Source: an uncultured Chloroflexia bacterium (GTDB lineage Bacteria > Chloroflexota > Limnocylindria > Limnocylindrales > CSP1-4). From it: 64,000 nucleotides of DNA. The stretch lies in assembly GCA_963763775.1 (NCBI GenBank), contig CAVXPZ010000003.1:640001-704000 (forward strand). The letters are read 5' to 3'. Positions within the stretch are counted from its first letter, which is position 1; each line of letters begins with the position of its first letter. Both the position numbers and the translations under genes were made by a program. Below the pieces are notes generated by a model, which was not told the origin of the DNA, made no database searches, and worked only from the letters and a program-made list of their open reading frames with translations. This document shows, piece by piece, positions 42,426-53,724 of this stretch.

Positions 42426-43093
42426 CAGACGCGTCCCGCGCGCGCCTGAGCCCACGGCGTCAGGCGCTTCTCGAGCCGGATCAGCAGGAAGTCGGCGATG
42501 AAGGCGAGCGCGACCGAGAGCACCGCGCCCAGGTAGATCTTCGTCGGGAAGAACGTCTGGAGCCCTTCGGTGATGAACTGCCCGAGCCCGCCGAACGAGT
42601 CGCCGAGGATCGACGCCACCGTCGCGAGGCCGATGAGGGTCACGATCGCCAGCCGGATCCCCGCGATCATCAGGGGGACTGCCAACGGGAGCTCGATCCG
42701 GCGGAGCCGCTCCCAGCGCGTGTAGCCCATCGCCTCGGCCGCCTCCAGGACGTCGGCCGGGACGGCCCGGAACCCCTCGGCGTTGTTCCGGATCAGGATC
42801 AGCAGCGTGTACGTGGTGAGCGGGATGATCGCCGTGATCAGCGAGAGGCCGAAGATGGCCCGCAGGAAGGCGAACGCGGCGAGGCTCGGGATCGTGTAGA
42901 GGAGCCCGCTGACGGCGAGCAGCGGGCCGTAGACGCGTGGCTGGCGCACGGCCCAGATCGCGAGGAACAGCGAGACGACGAACCCGATCGCGAGCGGGAT
43001 GAGTACCAGCTCGAGATGCTGGAGCGTTCGCGTCCCGACGTCGTCGAGGTGGCGGCTGATCCAGTCCCAGTCGACGAGCGGCTTGCCTTCCAC
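42425..43093 (-). CDS. Osmoprotectant ABC permease
   Basis: LYTIPSLA, EAAEAMGY, ELPLA.P..AGIR, GGLG. Confidence 0.9.
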   Translation of the reverse strand: MEGKPLVDWDWISRHLDDVGTRTLQHLELVLIPLAIGFVVSLFLAIWAVRQPRVYGPLLAVSGLLYTIPSLAAFAFLRAIFGLSLITAIIPLTTYTLLILIRNNAEGFRAVPADVLEAAEAMGYTRWERLRRIELPLAVPLMIAGIRLAIVTLIGLATVASILGDSFGGLGQFITEGLQTFFPTKIYLGAVLSVALAFIADFLLIRLEKRLTPWAQARAGRV

Positions 43094-43103
43094 GGTTCGA
43101 CGC

Positions 43104-44330
43104 TCAGCCCGCCACGACGGAGCCGGCGGGGTCGACGGGCGGTTCGTCGAGCTCGGCCTCACCCTCCAGCCCGAACGTCTGGCCGTGGTCGCCCTCGCGC
43201 ATCATCTGGATGATCCGCTCGACGGTCAGGATCCCCTGGACCGCGCCGGTCCGGTCGACCACGATCGCGGCCTGGACGTCGGCGTCGAGCATCATCGAGA
43301 GCGCGTCCTTCAGGGTGGTCCGCTTGTTCACGGACGGCGACACGGGGTTCGCGTGGGCGGCGTCGAGGGCGCCGCTGGTGGGGATCGCGTCCTCCGGGAT
43401 CCAGCCGATCGGCTGTCGGTCGGCGTCGACGAGCAGGAGGTACCCGAACGGCGCCGCGTGCGCCCGGGTCCGGGCCGCCGCGGCATCGTCGCCCACCGTC
43501 CCGATGGCCGGCTGGACGAGGTCGAGATCGCTCACGCGGCTGAGGGCGAGGCGCTTGAGGCCGCGGTCCGCGCCGACGAACCGGGCGACGAACTCGGAGG
43601 CGGGGTTGGCCAGGATGTCCGCCGGGGTCCCGAACTGGGCGACGATCCCGCCTTCCTGGAAGACGGCCACCAGGTCGCCCATCTTGATGGCCTCGTCGAT
43701 GTCGTGGGTCACGAACAGGATCGTCTTGGCCAGCTCCTCCTGGAGCCGGAGGAACTCGTTCTGGAGTCGGTCGCGGACGATCGGGTCCACCGCCCCGAAG
43801 GGTTCGTCCATGAGCATGATCGGCGGGTCCACCGCGAGCGCCCGGGCGACGCCGACGCGCTGGCGCTCGCCGCCCGAGAGCTGGGTCGGGAACCGGTCGC
43901 GATACTTGCCGGGGTCGAGCCCGATGAGCGCGAGCAGCTCGTCGGCGCGCTCGCGCTGTCGCTCCTTGGTCCAGCCCTGGAGCCGGGGCACCGTGGCGAT
44001 GTTCTCGCCGATCGTCTGGTGCGGGAACAAGCCGACCTGCTGGATGACGTACCCGATGCTCCGCCGCAGCTCCGTGAGGTCCCGCGTCGCGGCGTCGACG
44101 CCGTCGATGAGGATCCGGCCGCTCGAGGGCTCGATCAGCCGGTTCACCATCTTCAGGCTGGTGGTCTTGCCGCAGCCGGACGGCCCGACCAGGACGCAGA
44201 TCTTGCCGGCCGGGACCGTCAGCGACAGGTCGTTGACCGCGCCCGGCGTGTTCTTCTGCTTGGTCGCGTCGTAGCGCTTGGTGACGTGCTCGAACTCGAC
44301 GACGGCGGCGCGGTGGGTCGGGGTGGTCAT
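43104..44330 (-). CDS. Osmoprotectant ABC ATPase with CBS domains
   Basis: GPSGCGKT, LSGGERQR, LMDEPFGA.DP, VTHD; CBS pair at the C-terminus. Confidence 0.92.
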   Translation of the reverse strand: MTTPTHRAAVVEFEHVTKRYDATKQKNTPGAVNDLSLTVPAGKICVLVGPSGCGKTTSLKMVNRLIEPSSGRILIDGVDAATRDLTELRRSIGYVIQQVGLFPHQTIGENIATVPRLQGWTKERQRERADELLALIGLDPGKYRDRFPTQLSGGERQRVGVARALAVDPPIMLMDEPFGAVDPIVRDRLQNEFLRLQEELAKTILFVTHDIDEAIKMGDLVAVFQEGGIVAQFGTPADILANPASEFVARFVGADRGLKRLALSRVSDLDLVQPAIGTVGDDAAAARTRAHAAPFGYLLLVDADRQPIGWIPEDAIPTSGALDAAHANPVSPSVNKRTTLKDALSMMLDADVQAAIVVDRTGAVQGILTVERIIQMMREGDHGQTFGLEGEAELDEPPVDPAGSVVAG

Positions 44331-44468
44331 CTTCGCCGTGGCTCCCGCTCGACTGGCCGATCCTGACGCCGGTGTCCGCGAACCGTACACCGATGGTCCG
44401 CGGCGATGCCACCCCGACTGCGCGATACTGCCCATCGTGTTGGTGCCCGGCGCCCGAGGGCGCGACCG

Positions 44469-45579
44469 ATGAAGATCACGTCGATCCGCCTGGACCGGCT
44501 GGTGCTGCCGCTCGACCCGCCGTTCCCGGCCGCGTGGGACCCGGTGCCGCGTCGGAGTTTCGCCGCCACGATCGTCCGCGTCGAGACCGATGAGGGCGTC
44601 GTCGGCGTCGGGTCCGGCGACACGATGGACGGCTTCGAGGCGTTCGAGCACCTGTTCCTCGGCCACGACCCGCTCGCGATCGCCCGGCATGTCCGCGCGC
44701 TGGAGACCATCGACTTCCATGCCGGGCGGTTCTGGCCGCTCGAGGTGGCGCTCTGGGACATCGTCGGCCAGGTCGCCGGGCTGCCGGTCGCCACGCTGTT
44801 CGGCGGCGCGCTCGACGGGCTGCCCGTCTACGCGTCGTGCGGGATGCTGCTCGAGCCGGCCGCCCGGGCCGAATCGGCCGTACGGCTCCGCGAGGAAGGC
44901 TTCCAGGCGCTGAAGATCCGGGTCGACCCCCGCGACCTCGAGCGCGGGATCGCCGCGGTCACGGCCACGCGCCACGCCATCGGCGACACCATGGCGATCA
45001 TGGTCGACCTCAACCAGGGCTGGCGGATGCCGGGCGACACGTCGCGGTCCGTGGACCCGGTGACGGCGCGGGAGATCGCGGTCCGGCTCGCGGAGCTCGG
45101 CGTGCTGTGGCTCGAGGAGCCACTCGCCGGCACGGACCTCGTCGGGGCTGGCCGCGCTGCGCGCCTCGGCGCCCGGCGTGCGGATCGCCGGCGGCGAGAT
45201 GACGCGGACGTTCGGCGAACTGCTCGACGCCATCGAGGCCGACGCGTTCGACGTCCACCAGCCCGATGTCGTCCTGGCCGCCGGGATGCTGCGCACGCGG
45301 ACCGTCGCCGAGGTCGCGATGGCCCGCAATCGCTGGTTCACGCCGCATACGTGGACGAACGGGATCGGCCTGCTCGCGAACCTGCACGTCGTCGCGGGCG
45401 TCGGCGGCGGCCCGTTCCTGGAGTTCCCGTACGACCCGCCCGGATGGACCCCGGAGCGCCGCGACTTCATGCTCGCGGAGCCCGTCCGACCCGGCCCCGA
45501 CGGGGTGCTGCGGGTGCCGGTCGGCCCAGGCCTTGGGATCGTCCTCGACGAGACGGCGATCCGCCGGCACGTCGCATGA
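44469..45579 (+). CDS. Mandelate racemase/enolase-superfamily protein (frameshift near 45148)
   Basis: VETDEG..G.G, ALWDI.G, KIR, DLNQGW, WLEEP, GE, QPD, PH, EFP. Confidence 0.88.
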
Positions 45580-47077
45580 CCGCGACCACCGCCGCCGACT
45601 GGATCGGGCGCGCCGCGACCATCGATCCGCGGACGGAGGCGTTCATCGACGGCCGGTTCGTCGCCGCGGTGTCCGGCCGCACGTTCGACGACATCGCGGG
45701 CCGCGACGGGTCGGTCATCGCCCGTGTCGCCGAGGGCGGCGAGCCGGACGTCGACGCAGCGGTCGCCGCTGCGCGGCGCGCGTTCGAGGACCGTCGCTGG
45801 GCGGACCAGCGCCCGCGGACCGCAAGCGGGTCCTCCTCCGCCTCGCCGACCTGCTCCGCGAGAACCTCGACGAGCTCGCGCTCCTCGAGTCGCTCGACGT
45901 GGGCAAGCCGATCCGCGACACGCTGCGCGTCGACGTGCCGAGCGCGGCGACGACCTTCCAGTGGTATGCCGAGACCATCGACAAGACCTACGGCGAGGTT
46001 GGCCCCACAGGCCCGGACGCCCTGTCGCTGGTCACGCGCGAGCCGATCGGCGTGGTCGCCGCGATCGTGCCGTGGAACTACCCGCTGATCATCACGGCCT
46101 GGAAGCTGGGAGCCGCGCTGGCGACGGGCAACTCGGTCGTGCTGAAGCCGGCCTCGCAGTCGCCGTTGACGGCCTTGCGTCTCGCCGAGCTGGCCGCTGA
46201 AGCCGGACTGCCGGACGGCGTCCTCAACGTCGTGCCCGGACCCGGTGCCGTCCTCGGACGCGCGCTCGCCCGCCACCCGGACGTCGACAAGATCGCCTTC
46301 ACCGGCTCGACGGAGGTCGGACGCGCGCTCCTGCGCGAGATCGGCGACACGAGCCTCAAGGCGGTCACGCTGGAGGCCGGCGGCAAGAGCCCGCAGGTGG
46401 TCTTCGCCGACGTCGGCGACCTCGAGGCTGCGGCATCGGCCATCGGGTGGGGGATCTTCTACAACAGCGGGCAGACGTGCAACGCGGGCTCGCGGCTGGT
46501 GGTCCACGCCTCGGTGCGCGACGAGCTCGTGGAGCGGATCGCAACGCTTGGCCGGACCCTGGCACCCGGCGAGCCCCTGGACCCGAAGACGAAGCTCGGG
46601 TCGATCGTGGACGCGCGACAGCTCGAACGCGTGCTCGGGTACGTGGACCTGGGCCGGAGCGAAGGCGCGCGCGTCGTCGCCGGCGGCGAGCGGGTGCTCG
46701 AGGAGACCGGCGGCTTCTACGTCGCGCCGACGATCCTCGACGGTGTCGACAACCGGTGGCGCGTCGCGCGCGAGGAGATCTTCGGGCCGGTGCTGACGGT
46801 GACCACCTTCGAGGACGAGGCTGACGCCATCGCGATCGCCAACGACTCGCCGTTCGGCCTGGCGGCCGGCATCTGGACGCGCGACGTCAATCGCGCCCAT
46901 CGCATCGCCCGGCGCATCCGGGCCGGCACCGTCTGGGTGAATACCTTCGACACGGCCGACATCACCGTGCCGTTCGGCGGCTTCAAGCAGTCCGGGTTCG
47001 GGCGCGACAAGGGGTTGCACGCGCTCGACGGGTACACCCAGCTCAAGACGACCTGGTTCGACCTGTCCGGGTCGTGA
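45576..47077 (+). CDS. Aldehyde dehydrogenase (frameshift near 45812)
   Basis: PWNYP, FTGST, LEAGGKSP, NSGQTC, EEIFGPV, PFGGFKQSG. Confidence 0.9.
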
Positions 47078-47087
47078 GGGCTGCGGC

Positions 47088-48659
47088 ATGACCGACGAAC
47101 TCCCCCAGTCGCCGGAGGTCGGTGCCCGCCGGCGTCGGACCGGCGGTCACGGCGGCGGCGGCGAGCGAAGCCGGCTCCCACCGCAGCGGCCGTGGGCGCA
47201 GCCGCGGCTTCGCTACCGCCCGACGGAGGTCGTGTCGGCGGACGAGCTGGAGGCCATCCACCTCGGCTCGCTCCGGGTGCTCGACGAGATCGGGATGGAC
47301 TTCCTCGACCCGGAGGCGCGGGAGCTGCTTCGCGCTGCCGGGGCGCGGGTGTCGCCGGATGGCGAGCGCGTGCGCTTCGACCCGGACATGGTCGTCGAGC
47401 GGATCCGGACGGCGCCGCCGTCGTTCACCCTCCATGCCCGCAACCCCGAGCACGACCTGGTCATCGGCGGCGACCACGTGGCGTTCGGGTCCGTGGCCAG
47501 CCCACCGAACGTCGCCGACCTCGACCACGGCCGTCGGGCCGGCAACCGCGTCGACTACCAGAACCTGGTCCGGCTGAGCCAGATGCTCAACGTCGTCCAC
47601 TTCATGTCGGGCTACCCCGTCGAGCCGATCGACCTCCATCCGTCGATCCGTCACCTCGACGCGATCCACGATCTGCTGACGCTGACCGACAAGACGATCC
47701 ACGCCTACAGCCTCGGCCGCCAACGGAACCGCGACGCCCTCGAGATGGTGCGGATCGCGCGCGGCATCGACGACGCCACGCTCGAGCGCGAGCCGTCGAT
47801 CTTCACGGTCATCAACTCCAGCTCGCCGCTGCGCCTCGACCTGCCGATGCTCCAGGGCATCCTCGAGTTCTCGTCGCGCAACCAGGTGATCGTGATGACG
47901 CCGTTCACGCTCGCCGGCGCGATGGCGCCCGTGACGCTCGCTGGGGCGCTCGCCGAGCAGAATGCCGAGGCGCTCGCCGGGATCGTGCTGACCCAGGTCG
48001 TCCGGCCCGGCGCGCCGGTCGTCTACGGCGGGTTCACCTCGAACGTGGACATGCAGTCCGGCGCCCCGGCGTTCGGGACACCGGAGTACATGCGGACCGC
48101 GATGATCGGCGGGCAGCTGGCGCGGCGGTACGGACTCCCGTACCGCTCGTCGAACGTCTCGGCCGCCAACGCGCTCGATGCCCAGGCCGCCTACGAGTCG
48201 GTGTTCGCGCTGTGGGGCGCGATCATGGGCGGGGTCAACCTGCTCATGCACGGCGCAGGCTGGATGGAAGGCGGGCTCCACGCCGGATACGAGAAGATGA
48301 TCCTCGACGCCGAGCTGCTCGGGATGGTCGCGGCGTTCCTCGACCCGGTGGTCGTGGACGAGGACACGCTGGCCTTCTCCGCGATGCAGGAGGTCGGACC
48401 GGGCGGGCACTTCTTCGGCGCCGAGCACACGCAATCGCGGTTCCGGACCGCGTTCCACAAGCCGATGCTGTCCGACTGGCGGAACTACGAGTCCTGGCAG
48501 GAGGCGGGCAGCCCGGAGGCGCCGGCCAAGGCCAATGCGATCTGGAAGGAGCTGCTCGCGTCCTACGAGCCGCCGCCGATCGACGCGGCCGTCGCCGAGG
48601 AGCTCGACGCGTTCGTCGCTCGCCGCAAGGCCGAGGGCGGCGTCCCGACCGACTACTGA
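47088..48659 (+). CDS. Non-pyrrolysine MttB-family (MtgB-like) quaternary-amine methyltransferase
   Basis: INSSSPL, TPF..AGAMAP.T.AG, GAP..YG.F...VDM.SGAP.FG.PE, H.AGW.EGG, VGPGGHF; no in-frame TAG. Confidence 0.9.
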   Translation: MTDELPQSPEVGARRRRTGGHGGGGERSRLPPQRPWAQPRLRYRPTEVVSADELEAIHLGSLRVLDEIGMDFLDPEARELLRAAGARVSPDGERVRFDPDMVVERIRTAPPSFTLHARNPEHDLVIGGDHVAFGSVASPPNVADLDHGRRAGNRVDYQNLVRLSQMLNVVHFMSGYPVEPIDLHPSIRHLDAIHDLLTLTDKTIHAYSLGRQRNRDALEMVRIARGIDDATLEREPSIFTVINSSSPLRLDLPMLQGILEFSSRNQVIVMTPFTLAGAMAPVTLAGALAEQNAEALAGIVLTQVVRPGAPVVYGGFTSNVDMQSGAPAFGTPEYMRTAMIGGQLARRYGLPYRSSNVSAANALDAQAAYESVFALWGAIMGGVNLLMHGAGWMEGGLHAGYEKMILDAELLGMVAAFLDPVVVDEDTLAFSAMQEVGPGGHFFGAEHTQSRFRTAFHKPMLSDWRNYESWQEAGSPEAPAKANAIWKELLASYEPPPIDAAVAEELDAFVARRKAEGGVPTDY

Positions 48660-48682
48660 CCCGTGACACGGAAAGGACCCGG

Positions 48683-51158
48683 ATGAAGACCTCGGCCCAG
48701 GTGGTGGTGATCGGCGGCGGCGTCGTCGGCGCGAGCGTGCTGTACCACCTGACCAAGCTCGGCTGGACCGACGTGATGCTCCTCGAGCGACGCGAGCTGA
48801 CGGCCGGCTCGACGTGGCACGCCGCCGGCGGGATGCACACGCTGAACGGCGATCCCAACGTCGCGCGGCTCCAGCAGTACACGATCCAGCTGTACGAGGA
48901 GATCGAGCGGGTCTCCGGCCAGGACTGCTCGATCCACCTGCCGGGCGGCTTGATGCTCGCCGACACCGAGGTCCGGATGGACTGGCTGCGGATGGCCCAG
49001 GCTCGCGGCCGGTACCTGGGCATGGAGCTCGACCTCATCACTCCCAACGAGGCCCGGGACGTCTTCCCGCTGCTCGACCCGCAGTACTTCGTCGGGGCGC
49101 TGTACGACCCGGTCGAGGGGCACGTGGACCCGACGGGTGTCACGCGCGCGTACGTGAAGTGCGCCCAGCTGGCCGGGGCCGAGGTCGTCCAGCACACCCC
49201 GGTCGTCGGGCTGTCGCAGCGGCCGGACGGGACCTGGGACGTGCGGGTGGAGAGCGGCGACGTCGTCCACGCCGAGCACGTGGTCAACGCGGGAGGCCTG
49301 TGGGCGCGCGAGGTCGGCCGCATGGTCGGCATCGAGCTGCCGGTGCTCGCGATGGAGCACATGTACCTCCTGACCGAGGACATGCCCGAGGTCGCCGCCA
49401 ACGTCGCGCGGACCGGCAAGGAGATGCCGATGGCGCTCGACTTCGCCGGCGAGATCTACATCCGCCAGGAAGGCGGGGCGATGCTCCTCGGCACGTACGA
49501 GCAGGCGTGCGTGCCGTGGTCGCCGCGGGAGACGCCGTGGGACTTCGGGTCGCAGTTGCTCAAGCCGGACCTCGACCGGATCACGCCCGAGCTGTCCGTG
49601 GCGTTCAAGCACTACCCGGCGATGGGCACGATCGGGATCAAGCGCGTCGTCAACGGGCCATTCACGTTCTCGCCCGATGGGAACCCGCTCGTGGGGCCGG
49701 TCCGCGGCCTCCGCGGGTACTGGGTGGCCTGCGGCGTCATGGCGGGGCTGTCCCAGGGTGGCGGTGTTGGCCTCGCCCTCGCGACCTGGATGACGAGCGG
49801 GGACCACGGCGACTCGGGGATGGATATCTGGGCGATGGACGTCGCCCGGTATGGCGACTACGCCACGCTCGCGTACACGAACGCGAAGGTCCAGGAGAAC
49901 TACCGGCGCCGGTTCCGCATCACCTTCCCCAACGAGGAGCTGCCGGCCGGGCGGCCACTCCTGACCACCCCGATCCGAGACCGTCTGACCGACGCGAACG
50001 CCGTGTGGGGCGCGACGTTCGGGCTGGAGCACGCGTTGTGGTTCCAGCGGCCGGGCCTCGACCCGGTCGAGGAGGTCACGTTCCGCCGGTCCAACGCGTG
50101 GGACCTCGTGGCCGAGGAGGTCGCCGCGGTCCGCGAGCGGGTGGGCATGACCGAGATCTCCAACTACGCGAAGTACCGGGTCACGGGCGACGGCGCCGAG
50201 GCCTGGCTCTCGTCACTGCTCACGGCGAGGATGCCGGCGCCGGGCCGCATCACCCTCACCGCGATGCTCAACGAGGCGGGCCGCATCGTCGGCGAGTTCA
50301 CGGTGGCCCGCGCCACGGAGGCGGCCGAATACCACCTGTTCGGCTCGCTGCCGGCGGAGGTCCACCACTCGCGCTGGTTCCGGCACCACCTCCCGGCGGA
50401 CGGCTCGGTCCGCTTCGACGTCCTTGGGCTCGGCCTTGTGGGACTGTCCGTGGCCGGGCCTCGGTCGCGCGAGGTGCTGGCGGCCGTCGCGCCGGACCTC
50501 GACCTCTCGACCGAGGCGTTCCCGTTCATGACGTTCCGGCGGGTCGACCTGGGCACGGTCCCGGCGCACGTCGCGCGGATCAATTACGCGGGGGACCTGG
50601 GGTACGAGCTGTGGGTCGCGCCCGAGTATCAGCGGGTCCTGTTCGATGCGATCGTCGCGGCCGGCGAGCCGCACGGGCTTGCGCCTCTTCGGGATGCGGG
50701 CCCTGATGTCGCTGCGGCTCGAGAAGGGCTACGGGACGTGGTTCCGGGAGTATCGGCCGATCTACACGCCGCTCGAAGGCGGCATCACCCGGTACCTGAG
50801 GCTCGACCACGACTTCATCGGCCGGGCGGCGCACGAGGCAGAGGTGGCGCGCGGTGGTCCGGACCGGCGGCTCGTGACGTTCGTCGTCGACCCGGACCCC
50901 GACGATCCGGCGGATGTCATCGGCGACGAGCCGGTCTGGCATGGCGGCGAGGTCGTCGGCTGGATCACGTCGGGGGGGTACGGCCACCACGTCGGGAAGT
51001 CCATCGCGCTCGGGTACGTGCCGACGGCGTTGGCGACACCGGGCGCTGCGGACGCCGAAGGCGGCCGGTTCGAGATCGAGATCATCGGGCGACGCCGACC
51101 GGCCCGGCTCCAGCCCGAGCCGCTGTTCGACCCACAGGGCGTCCGGATGCGCCAGTGA
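48683..51158 (+). CDS. Dimethylglycine/sarcosine dehydrogenase-like GcvT flavoprotein (frameshift near 50680)
   Basis: VIGGGVVG, GSTWHAAG covalent-FAD His, NGPFTFSPDG, GDLGYELW, SLRLEKGY, TSGGYG. Confidence 0.9.
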
Positions 51159-53342
51159 CCGAGGGCCGGGCTGCGGCCGAGGGTCGCGTCGTCGTCGACG
51201 GACGACTGATCGCCTTCGAGCCGGGCGACAGCGCCGCCGTCGCGATCCTGCGCGCCGGCGAGGTGCCCGGGCGGGGCGGGACGCTCTGCCTGGCCGGCGA
51301 CTGCGGGAACTGCCTGGGGATCGTGGACGGGGTGGCCTATGTGCGGACGTGCCAGGTGGCGGCCCGGGACGGCATGGCGGTGTCGCGGCACCCGAGTCAC
51401 GGGAACCCGCCACTCCCCGACGGCGCGCGGGAGGGCGAGGTCGTCGTGGAGCGGCGTCACGCCGGGCTCGTGGTCATCGGTGGTGGACCCAGCGGCCGAG
51501 AAGCCGCGGCGGGCCGGCCCGGGGCGCTCGTCCTTGACGCCGCCGCGGGCGAGGAGGTCGTCGCGGTCTATCCGGGCCCGACCGTCATCGTCCGGACGCC
51601 GGACGGCATGTCGCACGTCGAGGCCGACGCGATCGTCATCGCGACCGGCGCGGCCGAGATCCAGCCGGTCTGCCAGGGGAACGAGCTCGCGGGGATCCTG
51701 ACGGTGCGGGCCGCGGAGCGGACTGCGAGCCGCGGGCGTGGGCCTCGAGGCGCCGGTCGTGTCCGTCGGTCCCGAACTGGTTCGCTTCGTCGGCGATGAC
51801 GCCGGCCACCTCCGCGCGGTCGTGACCGCGACCGACGACGGCACCGAACGCGAGACGCCGGCTCGGACGGCCATCGTGGACCTCGGGCTGGCGCCTCGTG
51901 ACGTCCTCGCCCGGATGGCGGGACCGTCCGTGCCCGTCACGGTCGTCGGCGACGCCGCCGCCGACCACCCGCTGCCGCCACCCCCGGCCGACCCGGACGC
52001 CGTCGTCTGCCGCTGCATGGGCGTGACGGTCGGCGACCTCGACGAGGCGTGGTCCAGGGGCTTCACCGAGCTCGAGCTGCTCAAGCGCGCGACGCTCGCC
52101 GGCATCGGGACGTGCCAGGGCGGCGCGTGCCTGCCCCACGTCCGCTCCTGGATCGCCGCGCGGACCGGCACCGTGCCCGATCCGTTCACCGCTCGCCCGG
52201 CCTCGCGCCAGATCACCCTCGCCGAGGCGGCCGCCGACGTCACGGTCGATGCGTTCCGGCGGACGCCGCTCCACGAGGAGCACCTCGCGCTCGGGGCGCG
52301 GATGGACCGCTTCGGCGGCTGGTGGCGACCGTGGCACTACGGCGATGCCGTCGCCGAGTACTGGGCGGTCCGCGAGCGTGTCTCGATCGGCGATGTCTCG
52401 ACGCTCGGCAAGCTCATCGTCTCGGGGCCGGACGTCGTGGAGGCGCTCGAGCGGATCTACCCGTGCCACGTGGCGGACATCAAGCCCGGCCGCTCGCGCT
52501 ACGCGCTGCTGCTCAACGAGCGCGGCCATGTCATGGATGACGGCATGATCCTGCGCGAGTCCGAGACGCGGTTCGCGCTCTCGTTCACGTCCGGCGGCGC
52601 CGCCAACGCCGAGATGTGGCTGCGCGACTGGATCGATACATGGGGACTCCGCGTCCACGTCATGGACCGGACGATGTCGCTCGCGGCGATCAACGTCACG
52701 GGGCCGCTCGCCGGGGAGCTGCTTCGCCGCCTCGGCCTCGCCGAGCCGCCGCGGTTCCTCGGCCACGTCCACGCGGATGTGGCCGGCGTCCCATGCCACG
52801 CGATGCGCCTGTCGTTCACGGGTGAGGCCGCGTGGGAGCTGCACCACCCGGTCGACCGCTCGGTCGAGCTGTGGCGGGCCCTCATGGCGGCGGGCGCGGA
52901 CCTCGGGATCGCGCCGCACGGCCTCCAGGCGCTGTTCGGCTGCCGGCTCGAGAAGGGCCACGTCATCGTCGGGATGGACACCGAGCTCGACACGACCCCG
53001 CGGCGCATCGGGATGGAGTGGGCCGCCCGGATGGACAAGCCGCGGTTCATCGGCCGGGCCGCGCTCGAGCGCACCGCGAAGCTCCCTGACGACCGGCGCT
53101 GGGTCGGCTTCTCGATGGAGGGGTCGGCGCCCGTCGAGGGGACGCCGATCTTCGATGCCGACGGGCGCGAGGTCATCGGCAACGTGACGGGGAGCTGGCA
53201 CTCGCCGCTCCTCGGCAAGGCCCTGATGCTCGGCTGGCAGCGCCGGCCGCCGCACCCCGATCGCGTGGTGATCGACGGCCGCGAGGCGGTCGTGACGACG
53301 ACGCCCTTCTACGACCCCGAGGGGCTCCGTGCGCGCGCCTGA
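51155..53342 (+). CDS. Sarcosine oxidase alpha-like subunit with Fe-S motifs (frameshift near 51722)
   Basis: CLAGDCGNC..RTC, VIGGGPSG, IATGA, CRC...LKR.T..G.GTCQG..C, RRTPLH, DVSTLGK, SFTGE..WE, RLEKGH. Confidence 0.82.
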
Positions 53343-53724
53343 CGGGCCGGCCGTCACGGTCGAGCCGCTCGCCGGGCATCGGGTCGTCGCCGAGCCCGTC
53401 GACGATCGACGCGGCTGTCGAGGCGTTGCCCGTCTCGGCGACGGCGTGGCGCGTCGCTCCGGACGAGGTCTTCATCGTGGGGGCCACGGTCCGCATCGAC
53501 GATCCGGACGCCATCGTCGAGGACGAGACCGGCTTCGTCGCCGATCACGGTCGACGTGGACGTCGTCGCGCGCCATACGGAGTGGCCGATGCCGCCCGCC
53601 GGCGGGTTCGCCCAGGGCGCCATCGCGGGCGTCCCAGCCAAGCTCACCTGGTCTCCCGGACGGCCGGGCGAGGATCGTGACCCACGCCGCGTACGTCGCG
53701 GACCTGCTGGACCGGCTGACATGA
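53329..53724 (+). CDS. Sarcosine oxidase gamma-like subunit (frameshifted)
   Basis: Fragments RVAPDE, VEDETGF and FAQGAIAGVPAK in three frames, located between the alpha and beta genes. Confidence 0.55.
   Translation: MRAPDGPAVTVEPLAGHRVVAEPVDDRRGCRGVARLGDGVARRSGRGLHRGGHGPHRRSGRHRRGRDRLRRRSRSTWTSSRAIRSGRCRPPAGSPRAPSRASQPSSPGLPDGRARIVTHAAYVADLLDRLT

Noticed and set aside
47088-48659. Pyrrolysine readthrough in MttB
   Set aside because: ORF is uninterrupted with no in-frame TAG, and no pyl genes are present
47192-51799. 1535-aa ORF joining DMG dehydrogenase and SoxA N-terminus
   Set aside because: Stop-poor GC-rich frame plus a frameshift near 50680; true genes start at 48683 and 51155
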